From NCBI GenBank assembly GCA_963713865.1, contig OY970208.1, positions 2,272,001 to 2,336,000 on the forward strand: 64,000 nt of DNA, read 5' to 3'. This stretch comes from an uncultured candidate division Zixibacteria bacterium (GTDB taxonomy: Bacteria; Zixibacteria; MSB-5A5; RBG-16-43-9). Positions 49,880 to 58,726 of this stretch are shown here, one piece after another. The translations under genes were made by a program, and so were the position numbers. The notes beneath the pieces were generated by a model. The model saw only the letters and a list, made by a program, of their open reading frames with translations. It was not told where the DNA came from and searched no databases. How positions within the stretch are numbered: the first letter of the stretch is position 1; each line of letters starts with the position of its first letter.

Positions 49880-50719
49880 TTATCGCTGCAAAGATTTTCG
49901 AGCTGTCAGTAATTGACGAACAAGCACGCACAGGATCAGCAGTAGAACCATTGCTGCAATGATAGACGGTCCGGCAGGAAGATTCATCTTTACAGAGATA
50001 AATATTCCCATAAGACTACTTGTGAATGCAATGGTCCAGCCCAAAAACAGTCGCCACCCTCGCCTTCTGGTGAACAACAATGCTATTACCGGAGGGATCA
50101 CCAACAGGGAGAAAACAAGCAGGACTCCGGCAATATGTACCGATGAAGTCACTACAATCCCGAATAAAGCATAAAACAAAAAATCCCACCAACCAGCAGA
50201 CCAGCCATCTGCAATGGCACCGGCGCGATCTTCAGACAGGCGAAAGAACCTGCTTCTTAGAAACCAATGGATGACGCCTACTGCAGAATATAGTATGGCG
50301 GTAGAGATTAAATCATCGACGCGAACAGTAAGGAGCGAGCCCGCCAGCATATGCTCAATCTCCTCCATACCTTCTGGTCGCCCTGCTAAAACAAGTATCA
50401 CCGCAGTGGAAAAGCTGGCATAGATGATACCGATGAACGCCTCATGTGGGATGTGGTTGTCTTTTGTACGTGATACTGAGATTAAGGCTGCACCCACCAA
50501 GGTAAATGCCAAGCTAAGAAGATAGGCGCTGAGCGAATGAGGATCAAAGCCCATCACCAGGGCAACCACTGCACCAAACGCCGCAGCCTGTGCCAGGGAG
50601 ATATCTACGAAAATTACTCCACGACTAACCACATGGAAACCGAGATAAGAATGAATCCCAGCCAGGATTAGTGCCGCTAACAATGCTAATTGGACAAATG
50701 AATACGAAAAAAGATGCAT
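49880..50719 (-). CDS. Metal (Zn/Mn-type) ABC transporter permease
   Basis: GIHSYLGFHVVSRGVIFVDISLAQ, GVLLVFSLLVIP, LPAGP. Confidence 0.9.
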   Translation of the reverse strand: MHLFSYSFVQLALLAALILAGIHSYLGFHVVSRGVIFVDISLAQAAAFGAVVALVMGFDPHSLSAYLLSLAFTLVGAALISVSRTKDNHIPHEAFIGIIYASFSTAVILVLAGRPEGMEEIEHMLAGSLLTVRVDDLISTAILYSAVGVIHWFLRSRFFRLSEDRAGAIADGWSAGWWDFLFYALFGIVVTSSVHIAGVLLVFSLLVIPPVIALLFTRRRGWRLFLGWTIAFTSSLMGIFISVKMNLPAGPSIIAAMVLLLILCVLVRQLLTARKSLQR

Positions 50720-51615
50720 TAATTCCTCTGGTTGGAAGCCTTAAGTAGCTGGTTGATTATGGTATCAATCAAGGAAAAATAATCGCTGGTTCCCTCGGCT
50801 CCGCCAACAGACGGAGGAAGATCAACCACCACTGCCCCAGTGGCGCGCGCAATGACTTTGGGAGCTCTGTCTGAGAAATATGGCTCCTTTCCGATTATCT
50901 TGACCCCTCGAGATTTGACTAATTCTATCAATTCGGCAGTATGTGCTGGGGTCGGTTCAATTCCCGGTCTTGGCTCTATAAAACCGACTACCTTGATTCC
51001 AAAAGCCCTCGAAAAGTACGGCCAGGAGTTATGATAGGTGATAATCTCCATTCCATTAAGCGGCTCGGCTTCTCTTTTCCAGATTTCCATCTTGGTTTTC
51101 AACTCCGATTCAAATCTCGATAGATTTCCCTCATAAACTGAAGTTCCCGCGGGATCAACTTGCGAAAGCCCTTTTGAGATGTTCTTGGCAATTATTAAGG
51201 CGTTGGCAGGGTCAAGCCAATAATGCGGATTCCCCTGCGGATGAACATCACCCATAGAGGCATCAATCTTCGCGGTTGGCTTTTCCATAGGTTCAACTCC
51301 CTGAGAGCAATCTATGATAATCAATTTGCCATTGCGAGAACCATCGATAATGGGGGCTGCCCAGAAATCGAGCTCGAGTCCTACTTTGAAATAAATATCC
51401 GCTCTTGAAACAATCACCATGTAACTTGGAAGAACCTCCACGAAATGCGGATTGAATTTGCCTGAGGCGATAGACGCCACTGAGACACGATCGCCGCCGA
51501 TATATTCGGCAATAGATTTGAGATCAGAAGTCGATGTTACGACATTTATTTTGGCCTTGACGCTGATTGCATTTATAGCCAGTATTAAAATTATAAAGAA
51601 AGTTAGTTTTTTCAT
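50719..51615 (-). CDS. Metal ABC transporter substrate-binding protein (ZnuA/TroA family)
   Basis: NPHFVE, GDVHPQGNPHYWLDP, YHNSW, EPRPGIEP. Confidence 0.92.
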   Translation of the reverse strand: MKKLTFFIILILAINAISVKAKINVVTSTSDLKSIAEYIGGDRVSVASIASGKFNPHFVEVLPSYMVIVSRADIYFKVGLELDFWAAPIIDGSRNGKLIIIDCSQGVEPMEKPTAKIDASMGDVHPQGNPHYWLDPANALIIAKNISKGLSQVDPAGTSVYEGNLSRFESELKTKMEIWKREAEPLNGMEIITYHNSWPYFSRAFGIKVVGFIEPRPGIEPTPAHTAELIELVKSRGVKIIGKEPYFSDRAPKVIARATGAVVVDLPPSVGGAEGTSDYFSLIDTIINQLLKASNQRN

Positions 51616-51627
51616 TTTATCCTCCAT

Positions 51628-52716
51628 TTAGAATGTATGCGGCTTGTGCGGCCCTAATGACCATAAGAGTTGGACGATGGCGGTTTGATAAGGTTTTTCC
51701 CAGTTTTTGCCGTCATCCTGCCTGAGTAATAAGCTTACCCTATAGGTCTCCTCTGCCAACGAGAATCCGGCAAATACGCCATAACCGATTTGATAAATAG
51801 CATCAGTCTCTGGCGTCTGACTATAATCCACAAAGGCACCGACATTAAAGCGTCGCTTAAATTGATAATCTATGGCCGAAAATGCTCCGAAAGAGCTTAC
51901 GTCTTTTGATTCGATAACTGTATCTCCGTTGCTTTCATAAGCGTTATCAATTTTCCGGTAATTGACCATCGCTTCACCAACAAACACTAAGGATTGATAG
52001 ACATTCGGGTGCCATTTATACTTGAAATCAACATCACCCATTTTAGCCCAGCGTTTTTTGACCGGATCAAATTGGCCAAGTAACCCGGAAATCCCGAGCT
52101 CCATTGATGAATATGTTCCAACCGGGGAAAAAAGCGATATCCTGGCATTCCCTCCCATAGCATGGCTTGCATTACTAGTGTCCTCGCCGAGGAGAAAATC
52201 GCCTTGTAAAAGATTCCCTGAAATAGTGAGAGCGTTGTTCCCAACCGGTATCATCGAGGTAACATTGATGCCAACATCCTTCAGTCCTTCTTCACCAAAG
52301 AACTGTTGAAACATTAGAGGACGCAAAATCCAGGACCATTGATGAGCATGTTGAGTATTGATTTTGCCGAAATCAACCAGGTACTGCCCGGCCCTTATTT
52401 GCAGATTCAATGGCAATCCTCTTAGAAGCGTGGCGTAAGCCTCTTCGATATCTATTTCGCCGCCAGTGCCACCAATTCCCATGGCTATATCTGCTCGGGC
52501 GTACGGATTCAAGTAACCGTTTGCCGCAATTTCCAACTCCTCAAAGTTGAGTTCGAACTTATTGTCATATTGATCCGATGGCGCATTTCTATGTCCAGAT
52601 AACCTCAAATCGCCTGTGAAGCTAATATCCGGGTTAACAGGCGCCTGTGATAACGCTATCTGCTCAGAAAAGGCAATTAAAAGCATAAAAAGAATATATG
52701 AAATGATCTTTTTCAT
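51628..52716 (-). CDS. Outer-membrane beta-barrel associated with metal uptake
   Basis: Signal peptide, NPDIS, DIEEAY, NTQHAHQW, C-terminal LGPHKPHTF. Confidence 0.75.
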   Translation of the reverse strand: MKKIISYILFMLLIAFSEQIALSQAPVNPDISFTGDLRLSGHRNAPSDQYDNKFELNFEELEIAANGYLNPYARADIAMGIGGTGGEIDIEEAYATLLRGLPLNLQIRAGQYLVDFGKINTQHAHQWSWILRPLMFQQFFGEEGLKDVGINVTSMIPVGNNALTISGNLLQGDFLLGEDTSNASHAMGGNARISLFSPVGTYSSMELGISGLLGQFDPVKKRWAKMGDVDFKYKWHPNVYQSLVFVGEAMVNYRKIDNAYESNGDTVIESKDVSSFGAFSAIDYQFKRRFNVGAFVDYSQTPETDAIYQIGYGVFAGFSLAEETYRVSLLLRQDDGKNWEKPYQTAIVQLLWSLGPHKPHTF

Positions 52717-52782
52717 AAGATTCTCCTGCTAAGAATTAATTGAAAGTCCCCGACCAGGGGATGATTTGATAAAGGCGAAATC

Positions 52783-53085
52783 TCAGCAGAAATCAGGAGG
52801 TGATCTGGGAATTTTATGGGTGACTAATAACTCAGGATAAGGTGCTTCAATAGAAGATAAAGCCAAGGGGCTACTAAACTCTAATATTCCTAATAAGGAA
52901 ACAAAACAAATGAATGAAATGGCAAGGGTCAAATATGCAAGGCAAATAGGGCAATCATGATGAATAAGGCCGTCACGGTGAAAATGGAGAGACCCTACGA
53001 TGCTGACACTCAAAAGCAGAATGACAATTGCGAGAATATTTATTAGAGAAAGAAATTTGCGGGTTTTTTTAGGCATCAACATCAT
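52783..53085 (-). CDS. DUF2946-like His/Cys-rich leader protein
   Basis: Hydrophobic N-terminus, HFH..HHDCPIC, C-terminal PRSPP. Confidence 0.7.
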   Translation of the reverse strand: MMLMPKKTRKFLSLINILAIVILLLSVSIVGSLHFHRDGLIHHDCPICLAYLTLAISFICFVSLLGILEFSSPLALSSIEAPYPELLVTHKIPRSPPDFC

Positions 53086-53416
53086 TATCCTTATACGTCT
53101 CCGAATTCGTCATTCCGATAATGCTGGAATTGAGACATAGGCTTTTCATATTACTACGAATTACTACGAATTTCTTTTAAACGCAAAACAATACTTTTTC
53201 GGCTCTTTGATTTCGATTCGAAACATAAACCTTTGGGTCTTGGCGTCAATAGCCTCTGGTGATGAACATAGCGTCCGGAATCTAAGCGATTGAATAATAA
53301 GTAGTAAAAATAGCGGGGGAAGGATAAAACAGGGTGAGTATACCTTGCCCCTGCAATCTTTTGAAGAGAGGGTTATGGTAAGGTCATCTTCCTTTTTATA
53401 TCTTCCATTGTATTTT

Positions 53417-53756
53417 TCAGCAGGTGAGATGGAAAAGGGCAACAACCTTTTCCTGAGTGGAAAGCTCGTTATAGGTCTTGACTGCCTTTTTAGTATCCTC
53501 CACAATCAGCCTTATCCCTTTGGAGAGAATATAATCCTCAGTCTCAGGCAAAACTTTCATCACCGCATTAAATCCCGTGCCTACGATTATAGTGTTCTGG
53601 CTTCTCCTTAACCACTGGTTTGACATCTTCTAATCTCAATTCATGTCCAGATTTTCTCCACCAGTCAGGCTCAATTCTGTCCGGATAGATGATCAAGTCA
53701 GCAGTATATTTCTCCCCATTGATTACCATCTTCCCGAACTCGTATGACTCAATCAT
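53417..53756 (-). CDS. Mth938-like domain protein; one +1 frameshift near 53595
   Basis: MIESYEFG..DLII..WWRKSGH joins (KPD)TIIVGTG...ALFHLTC after removing one base. Confidence 0.88.
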
Positions 53757-55627
53757 TTCTTCTCCTTGGATTGATCTTCTTTAAGATAATTTAAAATCCC
53801 CTGATAAATACCTGAAGCACATTTCTTTTGAAAGACCTCACTTCTTAATAGCTCCTCCTGTTCCGGATAGATTATAAAGGCACATTCCACCAGGACCGAG
53901 AGAAACTGATATGGCCTGGTTAGAGTAAAGTTAGCATAATAAAGCCCCTGATCTGGAATCTTTAGTCTTTTGACCAGCTCCTTTTGAATAGCCCTGGCAA
54001 GCTCTAAACTCTGCGGATGATAATAATAAGTGGAAACCCCGTTGTTAATGAAAGGATTTACCCCATCCGGCAGCGCATTATTATGAATGCTTATCAGGAT
54101 ATGGCAATTGTTATCTGCCGCTATTTCAGGTCGTTCATAGATCCCAACTCCTTCCATACCATAACGGGTTAAAATTACCTCTGCGCCATTTTTCTCTAAA
54201 ATCTTTTTCAATTTTAAAGCTATTTCAAGATTCACCACTCTTTCCTCTAACCCGGTTGGACCAACTGCCCCACTCTCTGGAGAATGTCCAGGGTCTATGC
54301 AGACTTTAAGTCCCTTAAGTTTAAGTTTTAATTCTGGCTCTTTTCTAATCTCCAAACAAAGCTCATTATCTTTATAATAAATATCATAACCCCAGAATCT
54401 TTTCTGCTTCAGATAGACCTTGATTTGGAAGACTTTATTTTCAACTTGTTCCCATCTTATTTCTTTTATAATCTCATCTTTTGAATCATATCTTATCCAG
54501 TCAGTATCCGAATTCCCGCCATAAATCTTTAATAATAAAACCGGTGGCGAATTCTCCTGCTGCACTTCATAAGGTAATTTCTGGCTAAGAGATATTTTAA
54601 TTCTTGTTCGATCATTCAACATTTCCGACCTTATGAATTTTATGTTACTTTCCGGAACAGGAGTACCTGCAGGTAAAAAATTCAGAGCTTCAGCTTTTGC
54701 CCATCCCTCGATATTGTCAGTTAAGTTTAATCTTACCCAGTTACCATTTCTACCATCTGCTACAAACCTTACCCCCTGAGGCTGATACAAAAGAAGATAA
54801 CCCAGACCAGGACCTGTGCGGATAATAGTGGTTGTATCTTTAAGCTCTACGATCTGAGGGATTTCATTTTCTTTTATGGTTATCTTTCCCGGAGCAGAAT
54901 CAACTAAACAGACTAAACCCTTTTCCTTATCATAAAATGCCTCTGCTGGGAAATAAAATGAATCTGGGTTTTCAACTTTTTTGAAAATTTCAAATATTAT
55001 CTTCCCGTTCTCGATTTTATCAGTAGATTTAATTTTATATAAGCCTGTATAAATCCCATCTTGCAAAATCGAATCTTCAGTTTCCCATTTACCAAACACA
55101 CCTTCGCCCCAAAAGACAGGATTCGATTTATAAGACTCAATCATCGGAAAAGGGGAAGTCAAGCTCTGAATGTAAAAGAAAGCCGAACAGTTTGGAGTCC
55201 CCTTGAAACTGGTCTGGATTATATCTCCAGGATTTAAGATCAGATCAAAAGAAGGTACTTTCCCGGAGGATTCTATGCGTAAAGTATCTTCTGGAGTAGG
55301 GAGTAAAGGAAAAGGAACTTCCACCGTTACCTTCCTGGTGGAAATCCCATTCTGGTTTGAAGCGATCAGTTCAAAAACAAAATCCCCCGGCTTTAAAGGA
55401 AGATAGGCTAAAAAAGCACCGTTTTTGTATACTTTAATATTCTGCCCATTTATTTTCAAATCCGAACCCGGAGTAACCGAACCAAAAATGAAAGTGGAAT
55501 CAGAAGAAGTGATCTCTCTACCTTCTGTAGGGTAGACTACTTTTATAACCGGAAGGTTACTCATCTCTACTGCATAAGTATGAGCACAGAAAATTAAGAT
55601 GACTATCAAAATAATATGTAATTTCAT
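53753..55627 (-). CDS. N-acetylmuramoyl-L-alanine amidase (Amidase_3) with N-terminal Ig/SH3/AMIN-like domains
   Basis: IDPGH, E..VNL, ISIHNNA, VLVECAF. Confidence 0.92.
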   Translation of the reverse strand: MKLHIILIVILIFCAHTYAVEMSNLPVIKVVYPTEGREITSSDSTFIFGSVTPGSDLKINGQNIKVYKNGAFLAYLPLKPGDFVFELIASNQNGISTRKVTVEVPFPLLPTPEDTLRIESSGKVPSFDLILNPGDIIQTSFKGTPNCSAFFYIQSLTSPFPMIESYKSNPVFWGEGVFGKWETEDSILQDGIYTGLYKIKSTDKIENGKIIFEIFKKVENPDSFYFPAEAFYDKEKGLVCLVDSAPGKITIKENEIPQIVELKDTTTIIRTGPGLGYLLLYQPQGVRFVADGRNGNWVRLNLTDNIEGWAKAEALNFLPAGTPVPESNIKFIRSEMLNDRTRIKISLSQKLPYEVQQENSPPVLLLKIYGGNSDTDWIRYDSKDEIIKEIRWEQVENKVFQIKVYLKQKRFWGYDIYYKDNELCLEIRKEPELKLKLKGLKVCIDPGHSPESGAVGPTGLEERVVNLEIALKLKKILEKNGAEVILTRYGMEGVGIYERPEIAADNNCHILISIHNNALPDGVNPFINNGVSTYYYHPQSLELARAIQKELVKRLKIPDQGLYYANFTLTRPYQFLSVLVECAFIIYPEQEELLRSEVFQKKCASGIYQGILNYLKEDQSKEKK

Positions 55628-55629
55628 AG

Positions 55630-55662
55630 GCTCAAAAGCTCAAATGTTCAAAAGCTCAAAGG
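55630..55662 (+). repeat. Four tandem 8-mers (GCTCAAAR-like)
   Basis: GCTCAAAA GCTCAAAT GTTCAAAA GCTCAAAG G. Confidence 0.85.
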
Positions 55663-55680
55663 ACAAGTTTAAAAATAATC

Positions 55681-56073
55681 TTAAGAGTCTTTCTTAAATT
55701 TATCTCCTTTTAAATTTGAGCGTTTCAAAAAAGAGATAAAATTCGCTAGCATACCTGAAACCCTTTTTGCCAACTCTCTTACCTCACCTAACTCTTCTTT
55801 AGAAATATATTTCTGGTCAAAAGCAATAAGTAACTGTGTTCTCACTTCGCCACATGAGCCTTTAGCAATATAGAGAAATTGAATCAACTCAACATTTGAC
55901 CCTCTTTCAAATCCTTCAGCAATATTAGACATAATCGAAACACCTGCTCTGCGAATTTGATCCACTAAACAAAAATCTTTACGAAAGTTTTCCTTCTTCG
56001 TCAAAGCATAAATCTTATTAACCAATTCCCTTGCACCTTTCCAAACTAAAAGATCCTCAAACTGCTTTTTCAT
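55681..56073 (-). CDS. Four-helix-bundle protein (23S rRNA IVS protein / Avd-like family)
   Basis: FEDLLVWK, DQIRRAGVSIMSNIAEGFER, FLYIAKGSCGEVRTQL. Confidence 0.92.
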   Translation of the reverse strand: MKKQFEDLLVWKGARELVNKIYALTKKENFRKDFCLVDQIRRAGVSIMSNIAEGFERGSNVELIQFLYIAKGSCGEVRTQLLIAFDQKYISKEELGEVRELAKRVSGMLANFISFLKRSNLKGDKFKKDS

Positions 56074-57104
56074 TTCTTTAACCTTTGAGCGTTTGAACTT
56101 TTAAACCTTTGAGCTTTTTTTATCCCTAATCCCGGCAAATCATTTAAAATCCATTTCCCTTGTTTCAACTCTAATCCAGAATACGGGTCATTGGAGATTA
56201 AAAGGTTGCCGTCTAAATCTACATAATCGACCAACGGAGCTACCTGAGCGGCCGCTGAAATCCCCACCGAGCTTTCGATCATACATCCTATCATAATTTT
56301 CAAATCACAAGCTCGGGCCGTATTAATCATCTTTATTGCTTCTCTTAACCCCCCGCATTTCATCAATTTTATATTAATCCCATCTACAATACCTTTATAT
56401 TGGGGAATATCCTTCGCGCACATCACCCACTCATCCACAAAAATCGGAATATCCGTATTTTCACGGATTAGTTTCAAATCCTCCAAATTTCCTGGTGGTA
56501 TCGGTTGTTCAATTAACTCTATATCAAATTTTTCTAATTCTTCAATCTTTTTCAAAGCCTCTTTTGTGCTCCAGCCGCAATTAGCATCCAGCCTGATTTT
56601 TGCATCAGTTATCCCTCTAATTGCTTTCACCATTTTCAAATCGTTTTCTACTCCTACCTTGACTTTATAAACTGAAAATCCCGATGCTTCTTTAACCTTC
56701 TCCTGCATCCTTTTAATAGTATCCACCCCTATGGTATATGAAGTTATTATCTCTTTTTTCTCAACTCCTGATAATTTATGAACTGGTAAATTTAATTTCT
56801 TACCAATAAGGTCGTGCAGTGCCAGATCTATTCCGGCTTTTGCTGAAAAGTTACCTGCCATTTTCCTATTAACCTTATCCATTATTGCATCTATTTCAAG
56901 AGAATCATCCCCTAACTCACTTTTCATTGTTTCTAATACCGATTTTACCGTTCCTTCATTTTCACCATAATAAGTTGAGGGTGATGCCTCACCTATCCCC
57001 TCATCTATATGGACATATACAACTTTTTTAGATGCAATCGAACTCCTGGAGATAGTAAAAGGATCTTTCAACTTCAGCTCATAAGATTCATATTTTAAAA
57101 TCAT
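56070..57104 (-). CDS. L-Ala-D/L-Glu dipeptide epimerase (enolase superfamily)
   Basis: PFTISR, GIGEA, YKVKVG, DAN, IEQP, DE, NIKLMKCGG, GCMIES, DLDG. Confidence 0.92.
   Translation of the reverse strand: MILKYESYELKLKDPFTISRSSIASKKVVYVHIDEGIGEASPSTYYGENEGTVKSVLETMKSELGDDSLEIDAIMDKVNRKMAGNFSAKAGIDLALHDLIGKKLNLPVHKLSGVEKKEIITSYTIGVDTIKRMQEKVKEASGFSVYKVKVGVENDLKMVKAIRGITDAKIRLDANCGWSTKEALKKIEELEKFDIELIEQPIPPGNLEDLKLIRENTDIPIFVDEWVMCAKDIPQYKGIVDGINIKLMKCGGLREAIKMINTARACDLKIMIGCMIESSVGISAAAQVAPLVDYVDLDGNLLISNDPYSGLELKQGKWILNDLPGLGIKKAQRFKSSNAQRLKK
56082..56114 (-). repeat. Four tandem 8-mers, inverted relative to 55630..55662
   Basis: Minus strand reads GCTCAAAG GTTTAAAA GTTCAAAC GCTCAAAG G. 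Confidence 0.85.
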
Positions 57105-57137
57105 CTTTTTGCCCTTTATTTTGTTTTTTCTATTTCT

Positions 57138-57225
57138 CATTGCGAACCCCGTAGGGGTGAAGCAATCCTTTTTACTTTAACATAAACGGATTGCTTTGTT
57201 TCGCCTTCGGCGGACTCGCAATGAC
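57138..57225. repeat. Inverted REP-like pair (CATTGCGA..GAAGCAATC / GATTGCTT..TCGCAATGAC)
   Basis: Mutually complementary ends with internal hairpins; related to 11601-11648. Confidence 0.7.
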
Positions 57226-57404
57226 ACTCAAATTGACTTCGTTGTATCTGGGAACACAAAACTGCATCTTACGTTTTACGTCTCATCTCACACTTCTCTA
57301 CCTCTATCTGTCATTTGTCATCTGTTATTTGTCATTTAACATCTGCTTAATTAATTTAATCTGCTGTGAGGGACTCCTTTGCCTTTAGCCTTTAGCCTAT
57401 AGAC

Positions 57405-58544
57405 TTATTTAACGTAAACCCGTGGTAACCTCTTTCCCATCCGGGAAACTATTTCGTAACTAAAGCTTTCAGCCCATTTTCCTATCTGCTCAGCCTCGAT
57501 TTTTTCCTTACCCTGTTTCCCTAAAAGAATAACCTCTTCTCCGATTTTAACCTCAGGGATAGAAGTTAAATCGACCATAAAAGCATCCATACAAACCCTT
57601 CCGATAATCGGAGCTCTTTTACCTTTTATTAAAACCTCACCCCGGTTGGAAAGCAGTCGGGGATAGCCGTCCGCATAACCTAAAGGGATAGTCCCGATTT
57701 TCGTTTTTCTTTTAGTGATAAAACTCCTGCCATAACCAACTGGGGTTCCCTTATCCACTTCCTTTATTTGAATGATTTTGCTTTTCAGACTCATCACTGG
57801 ATTTACTTCCACCCTTTTAGATAACTTTTCAGATGGGTAGATTCCATACATCAATATTCCCACCCTGACCTGGTCGAAATAGCTTTGAGGCAGCTCCAGA
57901 ACCGCACCAGAATTGGCGATCGAACGGATAAGTTTCCCACCATTGAATTCCTCTACCTGTTTAACAGTTTTCTTAAAAAGTGAAAGTTGTTTTTTAGCAA
58001 AATCCTTATCCTTTTCTTCAGTAGTAGAAAATTGAGACATTATCCCTTTGAGCTTAATATTTTTCAGCTTTTTCATTCTCCTGACAAAATCCAAAACCAG
58101 AGAAGGCTCTATCCCGTACCGACGCATCCCGGTATCTATTTTGAGAAATATCTCTGCGATTTTATTCTGTTTCTCTGCCTCTGAAGAAAGGGCACGAACG
58201 AAATCTAAATCTGTTATCGCTGATTGTAAATCGTATTCAATTATCTTTCTTTCTCTGCCATAAAATTCCGGGCATAAAATCAGGATGGGAGCTTTAATCC
58301 CTTTCTCCCTTAATTCTATTCCTTCTTCTAAGAAAGCCACCCCCAGGGAACTAGCCCCATTTTTTAGAGTAGATCTTGAAACCTCATAAGCTCCGTGACC
58401 ATATCCATTTGCTTTAACCACAGCTAAGAGTTCAACCCCATCACCTAATTTTCTTTTTATATTTTTGAGATTAGATGCTAAATCTTTAAGGTTTATCTCT
58501 AAATAAGCTGGACGAAAGTATTCGTTACCATTTTCTTTTGTCAT
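57405..58544 (-). CDS. alr: Alanine racemase
   Basis: AVVKANGYGHG (PLP Lys), KIDTGM, IANS, VGYG, GYADG, GRVCMD, SYE. Confidence 0.96.
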   Translation of the reverse strand: MTKENGNEYFRPAYLEINLKDLASNLKNIKRKLGDGVELLAVVKANGYGHGAYEVSRSTLKNGASSLGVAFLEEGIELREKGIKAPILILCPEFYGRERKIIEYDLQSAITDLDFVRALSSEAEKQNKIAEIFLKIDTGMRRYGIEPSLVLDFVRRMKKLKNIKLKGIMSQFSTTEEKDKDFAKKQLSLFKKTVKQVEEFNGGKLIRSIANSGAVLELPQSYFDQVRVGILMYGIYPSEKLSKRVEVNPVMSLKSKIIQIKEVDKGTPVGYGRSFITKRKTKIGTIPLGYADGYPRLLSNRGEVLIKGKRAPIIGRVCMDAFMVDLTSIPEVKIGEEVILLGKQGKEKIEAEQIGKWAESFSYEIVSRMGKRLPRVYVK

Positions 58545-58676
58545 ATAAAAATCCTTAAATCCATTTTTGATTTTATATATTCAATTATAGGCCCCTTGTC
58601 AAGAACTTTGTAAGGATATCCACCTTTGGTGGATTGTACTTCTACCACACAAATTCCACTCTTCTGGAATGGAAAT

Positions 58677-58713
58677 AAAAAACGCTGGCTTTAAAACAAA
58701 GCCAGCGTTTTTT
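58677..58713 (-). terminator. Intrinsic (bidirectional-type) terminator
   Basis: AAAAAACGCTGGCTTT-AAAAC-AAAGCCAGCGTTTTTTT. Confidence 0.85.
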
Positions 58714-58726
58714 TCAAGTAACGATT

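Noticed and set aside
55681-56073. Diversity-generating retroelement suggested by the Avd-like gene
   Set aside because: No reverse transcriptase and no template/variable repeat pair with adenine-specific mismatches seen in the window.
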